A stretch of DNA of 64,000 bases from an archaeon (GTDB taxonomy: Archaea; SpSt-1190; DYHY01), in NCBI GenBank assembly GCA_043803745.1, contig JAZDJS010000026.1, forward strand, positions 5,025-69,024, in the 5' to 3' direction. Below, piece after piece: positions 1 through 8,731 of this stretch. Below the pieces are notes generated by a model. That model was not told the DNA's origin, did not search any database, and saw only the letters and a program-made list of their open reading frames with translations. Both the position numbers and the translations under genes were made by a program. Within the stretch, counting starts at the first letter, position 1. The number at the start of each line of letters is the position of its first letter.

Positions 1-927
1 CTTTCCGACATTTGCCTGATTGACGAAAGGAAGAATTTCCTAGGGGTCATCCTGGAGGGCGCGCTCTTGCTGGCGTCACCGAAGGAAAAGGCGAAGAATC
101 TCTCCTTCAATCCGCCTTCAATCTCTCCGGAAAGCACTGTGCGCGATGCGCTGAAGGTTTTCGCTTCGTCCGGGATGCAGCTCCTCCCCGTTGTCCAGAA
201 GGGCAAGCTCTCGGGAGTCCTGAAACTCCCTTCAGTGATTCAGAAACTGCCGCTCGGCGAGCTCACACTTGAGGAGGTCACCAACAAGCACCCGTATTCA
301 ATTGGCGAGGCAACGCCCGTTGCGGATGTGAGGGAAATAATGGTCCGGAGCAGGCTTGGCAGGGTTTATGTGACTGACGCGGCGGGGCACCTGACCGGGA
401 TAATAACGCACAATTCGTTCCTGAAGAAGCCCGGTTTCTTCAAGAAAGACTGGCGCCGCGCCTCGGAAATAATGGAGCACGGAGTCCTCTCGATTTCCCC
501 ATCGGACACGGTTCAAAAGGCGGCGGCACTCGTTGCAAAGAACCGCCTGAGGGCTATTGCACTCGTAGAAAACGGGCACCTTGTCGGCTCAGTTGAAGCG
601 GGCTTGATTGTCTCTAAGGTTCTTGAGAAAACCGAACCCGTTGGCGAGGGGATAAGGGTCGAAATTTTGGGACTTGCCTCTTTGGAGTCCTTCGAGAAGA
701 CCGCGATAAACTCCGCGGTTTTCGGTCAGGTCAGGAAAATCTCCGAGGAGCTCGGGCCCTCGACAATCAAGCTCGTTTTCAAGAGGAGCCGGAGCGAGTG
801 GGAAGTCTCCCTGACAGCAACCCTGACCGGGGGGAAGAAAATTCTTGCCAAGGTGTCGGAATTTGACGCCCTTTTCGCAGCATCGGAAGTTTTAAGAACG
901 CTCCAGAAGAGGGTCAGAAATGGCTGA
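1..927 (+). CDS. CBS-domain pair protein (5' end outside window)
   Basis: The frame is open from base 1 and the upstream in-frame peptide LSDICLIDERKNFLGVI continues the ORF. There are repeated CBS-like blocks (GHLTGIITHNSF, GHLVGSV). The gene runs into the window edge. Confidence 0.65.
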   Translation, partial: LSDICLIDERKNFLGVILEGALLLASPKEKAKNLSFNPPSISPESTVRDALKVFASSGMQLLPVVQKGKLSGVLKLPSVIQKLPLGELTLEEVTNKHPYSIGEATPVADVREIMVRSRLGRVYVTDAAGHLTGIITHNSFLKKPGFFKKDWRRASEIMEHGVLSISPSDTVQKAAALVAKNRLRAIALVENGHLVGSVEAGLIVSKVLEKTEPVGEGIRVEILGLASLESFEKTAINSAVFGQVRKISEELGPSTIKLVFKRSRSEWEVSLTATLTGGKKILAKVSEFDALFAASEVLRTLQKRVRNG

Positions 928-1345
928 TGAGGGACGCTTTAGCGAGGTCGAGCACCTTCTAGAGAAGCTGAAATACGGCGAAATAATCCAATTCGTGAAA
1001 GAAGAGGGAATTGAGGCAAAGGGGAACAAGGAAAAACTCGTTGCTGTGATTCTGAAGAAAGTTCCCGAGGAAAAGATCCGCGCGTTCTTCAAACAGGCAA
1101 GGGGAATCAAGGTTGACATCTCCGAGCACAGGCTGGTTCCGCAGCACGAGGTGATCGGGGAGAAGGAGCTTGCCGCGCTTGTTGCAAAGCACCACTGCAA
1201 GATTGCCGATCTTCCGCGGACTTTCGACACCGATCCAATGTGCCTCAAGGTTGGGGCGAGGTCGGGGGATGTAATTAAAATAACCAGGAAAAGCCCAACT
1301 GCGGGCCAAGCATACTATTATAGATTAGTTGTCAAGAGTATATAA
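920..1345 (+). CDS. rpoH: DNA-directed RNA polymerase subunit H (Rpb5-like) with ~60-aa N-terminal extension
   Basis: The C-terminal 80 aa (HRLVPQHEVIGEKELAAL...GDVIKITRKSPTAGQAYYYRLVV) match the RpoH/Rpb5 C-domain signature (HELVPKH...GDVVKIIR.SETAG..YRLV). Confidence 0.75.
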   Translation: MADEGRFSEVEHLLEKLKYGEIIQFVKEEGIEAKGNKEKLVAVILKKVPEEKIRAFFKQARGIKVDISEHRLVPQHEVIGEKELAALVAKHHCKIADLPRTFDTDPMCLKVGARSGDVIKITRKSPTAGQAYYYRLVVKSI

Positions 1346-1973
1346 TATGCTGGCAGGGGCAATTCCAATGCTATCCGGAGGTTTTTTGTCAATTGAAAGG
1401 ATATTCGTCCTTATCGTCGTCATTTTTGGCTTGCTCTGGGCCTCGATCAAGGTGCGGAAATATCTCGCATACCTGAGGGAAACCGGAATGAAGGGCTTCG
1501 GGGCAACCCTGATCGTCCTTGGCGGGATTTTGTTCGTTTTCGCATCAGTCAGGATCGGGGGGCTCTACCTTTTCCAATACCTGACCGAGACGATAACGAG
1601 CGAACAGATGCTCAAGCTCTCGCTCTGGCTTGTCATTTTCGGGGCGGGATTCATCCTCCTAGACTGGATTGTGCGCAAGTTCCAGAAAAGGCAGCTCCTC
1701 GGGCTCGAGGATGAGCGGCGCGAATACATCACCCGCGTTAGGAAGGGGATAAAGATCGAGGATGCGGAAAAAATCGCCTTTGAGAACGTCAAGAAGGTCC
1801 TCAACCCACCCGGACTCAAGTTGATTGCAGCTGAGAAGGAGTTCAAGACCTGGCGCGTCTACATGAAGGACACGATTGGGAAGAAATACATGGTTGCCCT
1901 CGACATCGAAGGGGAGATAATGACGACGGAGACAATGGACGAGCTTCCCTCATATCTCGGCGGGATTAACTGA
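1329..1973 (+). CDS. hypothetical membrane protein (2-3 N-terminal TM helices)
   Basis: Hydrophobic N-terminal segments followed by a charged soluble tail. No recognisable family. Confidence 0.4.
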   Translation: MSRVYNMLAGAIPMLSGGFLSIERIFVLIVVIFGLLWASIKVRKYLAYLRETGMKGFGATLIVLGGILFVFASVRIGGLYLFQYLTETITSEQMLKLSLWLVIFGAGFILLDWIVRKFQKRQLLGLEDERREYITRVRKGIKIEDAEKIAFENVKKVLNPPGLKLIAAEKEFKTWRVYMKDTIGKKYMVALDIEGEIMTTETMDELPSYLGGIN

Positions 1974-1997
1974 GCGGGGGAAAAGAGCCATTCTTTA

Positions 1998-2690
1998 GTG
2001 GGAAACCTGGAAACTGTTTTAAAGGCAGTCCGAACCCGGAAGAAAATGAGCCAAGACGAGCCAGTCATTTTGGTCTGCCTGCCGCAAACAAGGGCGGATA
2101 AAATCAACTATATCAAAAGCATTCTCAGGGTTGCCGACGAGCCTTTCCAGAACGTTGACGATTCGCATCCGGAGCCGTTCCGGGACGCCGTCCTCCAGAA
2201 CCTTGGGAAGGCATTTCCGGGCGCAAGGACCTACCTTGACTGGGTCGATACTCAAAGCAGCGAGCCGCTTCAATTCGAGGAAATTCCCAGCGTCTCAGGA
2301 GCGATCCTTTACGATGTCCTCCTGAAGAAATCGCTTGCAGCTTTTGGCGCCCAGGCTGCCGAGAACGGGCCTTCCGATTCCCCGAGAAAAGCATGCGAAA
2401 TCCTGACTGCAAATTTGCGGGCTCTTCGCGGCTCCGGAATGGCGGGGCAGGAATTTCCAATTGCAATTGTCGACTACTTGGACACTCCTGCGGAGACGCT
2501 CTATCTTGCAACAGCTGCAGCCGGAGCAACCCGGTGGAAGGCTGCCGAACAGGCCTCGCACCAGTGGGCGGATGTCCTCGAGGGCGCAGGACTGAAAATG
2601 CAGAGTTGCCGGACATATCTCAGGGATGGAGTCTACAGGATTGTTGTCGAGGCGGTCGCGCCCGCCGAGTTCGCGGGGCCGCAGAACTGA
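1998..2690 (+). CDS. hypothetical protein
   Basis: Long ORF in an intergenic slot with no motif recognised. Several overlapping shadow ORFs in the region reduce confidence. Confidence 0.3.
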   Translation: MGNLETVLKAVRTRKKMSQDEPVILVCLPQTRADKINYIKSILRVADEPFQNVDDSHPEPFRDAVLQNLGKAFPGARTYLDWVDTQSSEPLQFEEIPSVSGAILYDVLLKKSLAAFGAQAAENGPSDSPRKACEILTANLRALRGSGMAGQEFPIAIVDYLDTPAETLYLATAAAGATRWKAAEQASHQWADVLEGAGLKMQSCRTYLRDGVYRIVVEAVAPAEFAGPQN

Positions 2691-2731
2691 GAAAGGAAAT
2701 GTAATAAACTTGGGTTTTTTCCGGCTAACGG

Positions 2732-4135
2732 ATGAAGAAAATCCTTTTCGCAGTTCCGCCCTCGGAAGCAAAGAGAAGCGCGCTAGAATATCCCCCGATT
2801 TACCCGCCCCTCGGAATACTCTATCTTGCCGCGGCAGTTAGGGCGCGGCTTGGCTGGGATGTTTTCGTCCTTGACGGGCAGAGGGAGAAGGATTTTTTCC
2901 GGAAGGTTTTGCGGACAGCCCCGGATTACATCGCCCTTTCCTTCCACACCTTCCACTCCGAGGATGCGAAAATCACGGCAGGGAAAATACGCGCGCTACT
3001 GCCGGAGACAGTATTGATTGCCGGGGGAAACCACCCGACATATTTCCCGGCCGAGACCGCGCGGATTTTCGACTATGTCGTCGTCGGGGAAGGGGAGGAA
3101 ACACTCCCCGAACTCCTCGAAGCACTTGAAAAAAAAGGAAGGCTCTCCGAAATAAGGGGGCTTGCCTTCCGGAAAAGCGGAAGATTCTTCTTTGCCGGCA
3201 GGCGGCCTTTCAAGAGGAAAATCGACGAGCTCCCCCTCCCCGCCCGGGACCTTGTCGACTGCAAAAGCTATCCCGGTTTCTACTACCAGAAGAGAAAGCC
3301 GGACACGTCCGTGATTTCCTCCCGCGGCTGCCCTTACAAATGCACGTTCTGCTCGAAAACCTGGGGGAATTTCCAGAGGGCGCGCTCGCCAGGGAATTTC
3401 GCCGACGAGCTGGAATTGCTTTCGCAATCGGGAGTGCGCGAGATTTACGACTGGGCTGACGAGTTCAACCTTGTTCCGAAAAAATCGAGCCAGGTCCTCT
3501 CGGAGATAAGGGCGCGCAGGCTAGACCTGACATTCAAGGCGCAGTTCAGGGCCAACGGGCTTGGACGCGAATATGCGGAGGAGCTTGCGAAAACGGGGTT
3601 CTGGCTCGCCAACGTCGGGATAGAAAGCGCGAACGGCAGGACGCTTGCGGGAATAAGGAAAGGCGTCACAATCCCCCAGGTGCGCTCAGCCCTTCGGAAC
3701 CTGAAACGGGCGGGACTGAAGACGCTCGGTTTCTTCATCGGGTTCAACATCTGGGAGGAGAACGGCTTGCTGAAATTCGAAGGGGTTCGGGAGACTCGCC
3801 TTACGCTCAAATTAATCGAAAAACTCCTCAAGGAAAGGCTCCTAGACTATTTCACATTCTCCCTTCCAACTCCGTATCCGGGTTCAGGTCTCTATTCGAC
3901 CGCGAAAAGGCACGGGCTTCTTGCCGGAAACTACTCGGACGCGACATCCCACGAGATGATTGTGCGCCTTCCAGGGATTTCCGGGGCTGAGATTGCTGCG
4001 GTCAAGCGGGAGGCGACTATTCTCCAGGCAGGAGCAGCGTTCTCCGCCGGTCGCCTCAATCCAGGCATCTGGAAATTTTATTTAAGCAAGCTCGGGGAAC
4101 AGCTCAAGCCGAAATTCGGAAGGAGAAAGAACTGA
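2732..4135 (+). CDS. B12-binding (class B) radical SAM protein
   Basis: The N-terminal Rossmann-like cobalamin-binding domain (ILFAVPP...YPPLGILYLAA...VLDG) is followed by a radical SAM CxxxCxxC motif (SRGCPYKCTFCSK). Confidence 0.8.
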   Translation: MKKILFAVPPSEAKRSALEYPPIYPPLGILYLAAAVRARLGWDVFVLDGQREKDFFRKVLRTAPDYIALSFHTFHSEDAKITAGKIRALLPETVLIAGGNHPTYFPAETARIFDYVVVGEGEETLPELLEALEKKGRLSEIRGLAFRKSGRFFFAGRRPFKRKIDELPLPARDLVDCKSYPGFYYQKRKPDTSVISSRGCPYKCTFCSKTWGNFQRARSPGNFADELELLSQSGVREIYDWADEFNLVPKKSSQVLSEIRARRLDLTFKAQFRANGLGREYAEELAKTGFWLANVGIESANGRTLAGIRKGVTIPQVRSALRNLKRAGLKTLGFFIGFNIWEENGLLKFEGVRETRLTLKLIEKLLKERLLDYFTFSLPTPYPGSGLYSTAKRHGLLAGNYSDATSHEMIVRLPGISGAEIAAVKREATILQAGAAFSAGRLNPGIWKFYLSKLGEQLKPKFGRRKN

Positions 4136-4141
4136 CTGGAA

Positions 4142-5179
4142 ATGGCATGGATTCTCGAAATCGCCCTTTTGGCATCCCTGCTCCTTCTTGCAGCGGCCCT
4201 TTTCCGGAAATCCCCCGCAACCTTTGCCGCCGTTTCCGCAATAATCCTTCTTTTCTTCGCTCCGCGCCTTCTCTGGACCGATTACCAAAGGACGTATGCA
4301 GGAAGCTTTCTTGGGCGAAAGGCTGTCGAGTTTTCCGAGAGCTTCCTAGGCTATTATCCCCTCGATTCCACGGACGAACAGGCAAGCTGGTTCTCTGACA
4401 ACCGCGCCCAAGCCTTCCGGGATGACGGGATACATCTGGTTGGCGTGGGGAAAAATTGCCTCGCGCCTTCGGTCGTTTCCAGGGAACTTCCGCTCAATAG
4501 AATGCCCCTCACATTCCGCGCCTGCTCCGGGAAATCGGGCGGAGACGGAGCAAGCTTCTACTTCAGCGTCTGGCCGAAGAAGGTTTCGGAAATAATCAAG
4601 GTCCCCGAGAATTCCTGCATCTCGGTTTACATCAACAAGACAATGGGGTCCGGGTCGAAAATCTACTTTGCAAGCCTTCCCGAGGGGAACTGCGACGAGG
4701 AGGACATTGTCCTGAAGGCCTTCGTTGCCGGAGCTTTCGGGCGAGAGGTGTCCCTCGGCAGCAGCTTGGATTTCTCCGAAATCCGCATTTCCCAAACCTC
4801 CGATTCCTGCGGGATTTCCCTGCAAGGAGGAATCCAACTTTCCGGGTGCGGAGGCTGCAACGGGACGAACTGGGTCGAGTTTTCCCCCGCGCACTTCGAG
4901 AGGCCGGGGAACCTTTCATTCATTGCGTGCGGAGGGAACAGGTCCTCCAGCACACAAGTCCTCGTCGAAGCTTCCGGAGAAAAATACGCCTTTCCTCTAG
5001 ACTTTCTTTCCTGCAGCGACTATTTCATCCCGGGAGAAATTGCAAGGGCGAACTTCACGCTCTCCGCTTCAGGAGCCGGCTGCGAAAGCGCCTCGGCGAC
5101 AATACTGAGGCTCAGGTTCGTCCAACGGGGACCTGAAGGTTTGGAACGGCCGCTCTCGGCAAATACGGAGGCCGGCTGA
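4142..5179 (+). CDS. hypothetical Cys-containing membrane-anchored/extracytoplasmic protein
   Basis: Two N-terminal TM helices precede a ~280-aa domain with multiple Cys (CGISLQGG...SGCGGCNGT). The gene sits 6 nt after the B12-rSAM stop and 2 nt before the next gene, so it is likely co-transcribed. Confidence 0.45.
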   Translation: MAWILEIALLASLLLLAAALFRKSPATFAAVSAIILLFFAPRLLWTDYQRTYAGSFLGRKAVEFSESFLGYYPLDSTDEQASWFSDNRAQAFRDDGIHLVGVGKNCLAPSVVSRELPLNRMPLTFRACSGKSGGDGASFYFSVWPKKVSEIIKVPENSCISVYINKTMGSGSKIYFASLPEGNCDEEDIVLKAFVAGAFGREVSLGSSLDFSEIRISQTSDSCGISLQGGIQLSGCGGCNGTNWVEFSPAHFERPGNLSFIACGGNRSSSTQVLVEASGEKYAFPLDFLSCSDYFIPGEIARANFTLSASGAGCESASATILRLRFVQRGPEGLERPLSANTEAG

Positions 5180-5181
5180 TT

Positions 5182-7374
5182 TTGGCGGGACGGCTAATCA
5201 TACTCGTCCCAATCCTTCTTTCCCTCCTGATTTTCGCCCTTGGCTACTTGTCAATTCCCGCGCTCGTTGCCGCTGCCGCAGCCTCGATTCTCCTTGTACG
5301 TTTCTCAAAAAAGGAGGCGCCGGTCCTCTATCCGACGCTGATTGCCGTTTTTTCAATCATTGTCCTGGCCTCCTCGGGAATTTTCGAGAATACAATCCCG
5401 ACTTTCGCAGATCTTCCGTACCACTACTACCATTCCTGGGTCGTCGACAAGATTCTCCTCGGCGAGTTCTCGGGGCTTGAGGGATGGAACGGATATTTCC
5501 AGCTCGGGCACATGGAGTTCTACGATCTTCCGCCCTTCTTTTTCCTTCTGGTCGCTTTTCTGAAGCGTGCGGCGTTCGGGCTGCTTGAGCTCCACCAGGC
5601 GTTCCGGATTCTTGCGGCAATCGCGTTTGCTGCCGCGCCCCTTGCGCTGTATTTCTTCGCAAAAAAGCTGGGCTTTTCCGGAAGGACTGCCTTCCTTTCC
5701 GGAACGTTCTTCCTTCTTTCACGGCACCATGCGATTGAGAACGGACTTTTCGCGTCCTACCTTTCGGTTGCGCTCTGCCTCGCCTCCGGAATCCTGCTTC
5801 TCTCGGGAAAGGGAAAGTTGGCCGGGGCGTTTTCAGCCCTCTCTTTCATGTCGCACCCAACGGTGTTCATATTCACCTTCCTCCTCGTCATTGTTTCGTC
5901 CGGATTCGGGCGGCTTATGAGGGAAAAGGCCGGCCTTGGAAAATTCCTGCTTGTCTTTTCCGCAGTTTCCCTTCCCTATCTGGTCCAGATCTTTTCCGGA
6001 AGAATCTATTCGATCAGCGCATGGTCGGCCCTGCCGGGGATTTTCCCCGCAATGTACGGAGCGGAGTCCTTCTTCATCGAAATCCTGCGCCATCCCCATT
6101 TCCTTGTCGCGGGAAGCTTCCTCGTGCTTTCCATCTCCTCCCTAAACGGAGCGTCCAAGCGGACCGCAAGGGCGGCGACGTTCCTGTTCATAATAGGGGG
6201 GTTTTTCTCCCTTGTGAAACTCGCCGGAGTCAGTAACCCGGTTCTCAACGTTTTCGTCCCGGAAAGAATCGCGATTCCGCTCATCCTTTCGCTGTCAATT
6301 GCAACCGCCGCGTTTGCCGAAAGGTTCGTCGCCGGAACCTTCTCAGGAAACCCCCTGAAACGGATTGCCGCAACCCTTCCATTCATCTATGCGGCGTGCT
6401 TTTTCCTGTTCTATCTCGCGAGCTCCTGGAACTGCCCCTCCTGCACCGACCTCTTCGACAGGGTGAACTCCCCGCCGTTTTTCCCCGAGGAAGGGGTTTT
6501 CAAAAGCTGGTACGGGATTTCCCCGCACGCGGGGATTTTCTCATCGAATTCCGATCCAGCATTCTCCTCAGCAGTCGATTACCTCAGGAAGAACGAAGAC
6601 AACAGCTCGAGGGTCCTTTTCGAGGATTCAAGCCGCCACACCTACGGGGGCTGGGTCATCCCGCTCCTTCCGATAAAGACCGGGCTTTCCTTCGTAGGGG
6701 GACCGATGGCTTCGATGAATCTCGACGGAGACAGGCCGATGAACTTCTATGACGGCAAACTCCTCGGGCGAGAAATCTCGAACTATTCGACCGAGGAACT
6801 CCGGCAAATCCTTTACGACCTGAACGCCGGGACCGTATGCGTTTGGAACAAAGAGTCCAAAAGGGTCCTGTCGGCATCGCCGCTTTTCGAGAAGGCGTTT
6901 GAAACGGGGAGAAACCAGAATGGACTTTCAATTTCAATCTACGCGATGAAGGGCGCCCGCAGGAATTTTGTCCTTCGCGGCGGCAGGGCGGTCAATTTCT
7001 CGAACAGCGCAATCACGATTGATGCGTCCGGAAAAGAGGACGTGATAGTTTCCTTGCGGTTCCACCCCGGATGGGTTGCACGGGATTCCGAGGGACGCTG
7101 GCTCGCGACAGGCAAGTCCTCCGACGGCCTCCTCCAAGTTGTCAGCCCGCCAAAAGGCGAGGTCAGTCTGGAATTCACGCCTTCAGTGCCTTCAAGGGTT
7201 GCTCTTGCTGTCTCGATTCTCGGGACCGTATCAGTCGTCTTCATTGAGGCGTTCTGGCGCCCTGCCGCCGGAACCTCCGGAACCTCCGGAACCTCCGGAA
7301 CCTCCGAAAAGGGAAGGAAACGAGCCCGGCAAAGCCGCCTGCGGTCCAGGAAATTGCGCGCGCGAAGGAAATGA
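5182..7374 (+). CDS. large polytopic membrane protein with C-terminal soluble domain (glycosyltransferase/polymerase-like)
   Basis: About 12 predicted TM helices are followed by a ~250-aa hydrophilic domain, then a GTSGTSGTSGTS repeat and a basic tail. The topology resembles GT-C-type enzymes but no catalytic motif was verified. Confidence 0.5.
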   Translation: MAGRLIILVPILLSLLIFALGYLSIPALVAAAAASILLVRFSKKEAPVLYPTLIAVFSIIVLASSGIFENTIPTFADLPYHYYHSWVVDKILLGEFSGLEGWNGYFQLGHMEFYDLPPFFFLLVAFLKRAAFGLLELHQAFRILAAIAFAAAPLALYFFAKKLGFSGRTAFLSGTFFLLSRHHAIENGLFASYLSVALCLASGILLLSGKGKLAGAFSALSFMSHPTVFIFTFLLVIVSSGFGRLMREKAGLGKFLLVFSAVSLPYLVQIFSGRIYSISAWSALPGIFPAMYGAESFFIEILRHPHFLVAGSFLVLSISSLNGASKRTARAATFLFIIGGFFSLVKLAGVSNPVLNVFVPERIAIPLILSLSIATAAFAERFVAGTFSGNPLKRIAATLPFIYAACFFLFYLASSWNCPSCTDLFDRVNSPPFFPEEGVFKSWYGISPHAGIFSSNSDPAFSSAVDYLRKNEDNSSRVLFEDSSRHTYGGWVIPLLPIKTGLSFVGGPMASMNLDGDRPMNFYDGKLLGREISNYSTEELRQILYDLNAGTVCVWNKESKRVLSASPLFEKAFETGRNQNGLSISIYAMKGARRNFVLRGGRAVNFSNSAITIDASGKEDVIVSLRFHPGWVARDSEGRWLATGKSSDGLLQVVSPPKGEVSLEFTPSVPSRVALAVSILGTVSVVFIEAFWRPAAGTSGTSGTSGTSEKGRKRARQSRLRSRKLRARRK

Positions 7375-8263
7375 GGAAGAAGACTGGCTTGGAAATTCCG
7401 CGAGCTTCAAGAGATCTTGCCGCAAGCAACGCAACAAGCAGCGAGAGGACCGCTGCCGAGAGAAACAAGCTGAACGGAAGTAGGACGGCTGCCGCCGAAA
7501 GGAGAACTGGCTGTGCAAGATATCCGGCGCCCGGATGGGAAATGCTCGTTTTCGAAAAACCCTCGCCCGAAAGGAAAATCTCGCCGTGGCTTTTTCCGTA
7601 TTTGAAGGCTTCCGAGAGAAGATTGCCAAGCGAATAGTCCTTCATGTGTCTGACCCGCAGGCCGGGCTCATACCACATCCGCTTGCCGGCGTTCCTGAGT
7701 TTCATTGAAATTTCCGTGTCGGTGCCGGTTCCCGAAAGCTCGTCGAACCCCCCGATCCCGGAAAAGTCCTCCGTCCGTATCAGGAGGTTGTTCGTGTCAA
7801 GCCAGAAGGTTTCCCCCCGCTTTCCGAGCCGGATTTCCCAGTCCGCCCGCGCAAAGGAATTGACCGCTCCGGGATATTTCTCAAAGGGGTCGCTCCCTCC
7901 GACAGCCGAGAATCCCTCGGGGAGCGCTCCGGCAATCCTCGCAAGCCAGTCCCTTTCCGGCAGGCAGTCCGGGTCAATGAACGCAAGGAACCGGAACTTC
8001 TTTCCGGCAAGAAGCCCGAGCCCGTAGTTGCGCAGGCCTTGGACGTTCGTCTTCCCAGTCCGGATAGCCTTCACCCTGCGGAAGCTTCCGCAGGTTCTCA
8101 GGGCGGGTTCGTCAGCGTCTCTGTCAAGAAGCGCGAAAACCGAATAGCGGAGTTTCCCCCCAGTTCCCTGGCGCGAGAGCGCGCCAAGACATTTCCGGAG
8201 GCGGGCATCGCCCCGGTAAACCGGAACGAGGACGGCAACAGATTCCTTCCGACTTTGTGTCAT
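7241..8263 (-). CDS. family 2 glycosyltransferase (dolichyl-phosphate sugar transferase-like) with C-terminal TM helices
   Basis: GT2 N-terminal signature (VAVLVPVYRGDARLRKCLGAL), a DxD region (FIDPDCLP) and C-terminal hydrophobic helices. The start is placed at the internal MTQSRKES; the longer track ORF (to 8515) is probably an upstream extension. Confidence 0.6.
   Translation of the reverse strand: MTQSRKESVAVLVPVYRGDARLRKCLGALSRQGTGGKLRYSVFALLDRDADEPALRTCGSFRRVKAIRTGKTNVQGLRNYGLGLLAGKKFRFLAFIDPDCLPERDWLARIAGALPEGFSAVGGSDPFEKYPGAVNSFARADWEIRLGKRGETFWLDTNNLLIRTEDFSGIGGFDELSGTGTDTEISMKLRNAGKRMWYEPGLRVRHMKDYSLGNLLSEAFKYGKSHGEIFLSGEGFSKTSISHPGAGYLAQPVLLSAAAVLLPFSLFLSAAVLSLLVALLAARSLEARGISKPVFFLISFARAISWTAGGFAGLVSFPFRRFRRFRRFRRFRRQGARTPQ
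7270..7305. repeat. perfect 9-nt tandem repeat (GGAACCTCC)x4
   Basis: Directly visible in the sequence. It encodes GTSGTSGTSGTS on the + strand and RRFRRFRRFRRF on the - strand, and lies in the overlap of two convergent ORFs. Confidence 0.9.
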
Positions 8264-8319
8264 CAAGTCTCCCTTCCGGCGCATCCCGCGGAAACTGCAC
8301 AGTTCCTTATTAAGAATTA

Positions 8320-8691
8320 TCAAAGGTAGCTTTTTCCCGGGTCGGTTTCCCGCTTCGTGATTTCCCTCTGGTAGTCTGGGGGATAAATCTCGACTATCTC
8401 GAACTTTCCCCTCGTATGGGGCGTCCCGTCCTTCTGGTAGATTGTCTGCTCCAAAACCCGCGCATGCCCCCAGTAAAGCCATTTCCCTCCGATGTTCTCG
8501 ACGAGGAAAACCCACAAAGGGGGAACCTTGTACACGCGCGCGAGCGGCTTGTCCCTGAAATCGAAAACGCGCCCCCGGAATTCCTCAGCGGCAAGGGGAC
8601 TTTTCAGATGCGTTTCAAGCGAAAGTTCCGGCGGGAAACCCTGCTCCTTCGTCAGCTGAAGTGTGTCGTTAATCTCAATCAAGCTGCCCAT
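8320..8691 (-). CDS. small conserved hypothetical protein
   Basis: A compact ~124-aa ORF starting at MGSLIEIN with a globular composition. The longer track ORF extends over the divergent topoisomerase start. No family recognised. Confidence 0.35.
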   Translation of the reverse strand: MGSLIEINDTLQLTKEQGFPPELSLETHLKSPLAAEEFRGRVFDFRDKPLARVYKVPPLWVFLVENIGGKWLYWGHARVLEQTIYQKDGTPHTRGKFEIVEIYPPDYQREITKRETDPGKSYL

Positions 8692-8731
8692 TTCACCCCA
8701 AATTAGCGGGGAACGTTTTTTAAACACTTGG

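Noticed and set aside
7270-7305. Possibility that the short tandem repeats (9-nt x4, 12-nt x4) are CRISPR arrays
   Set aside because: The units are far too short, spacerless and in-frame inside coding sequence. No cas genes are present.
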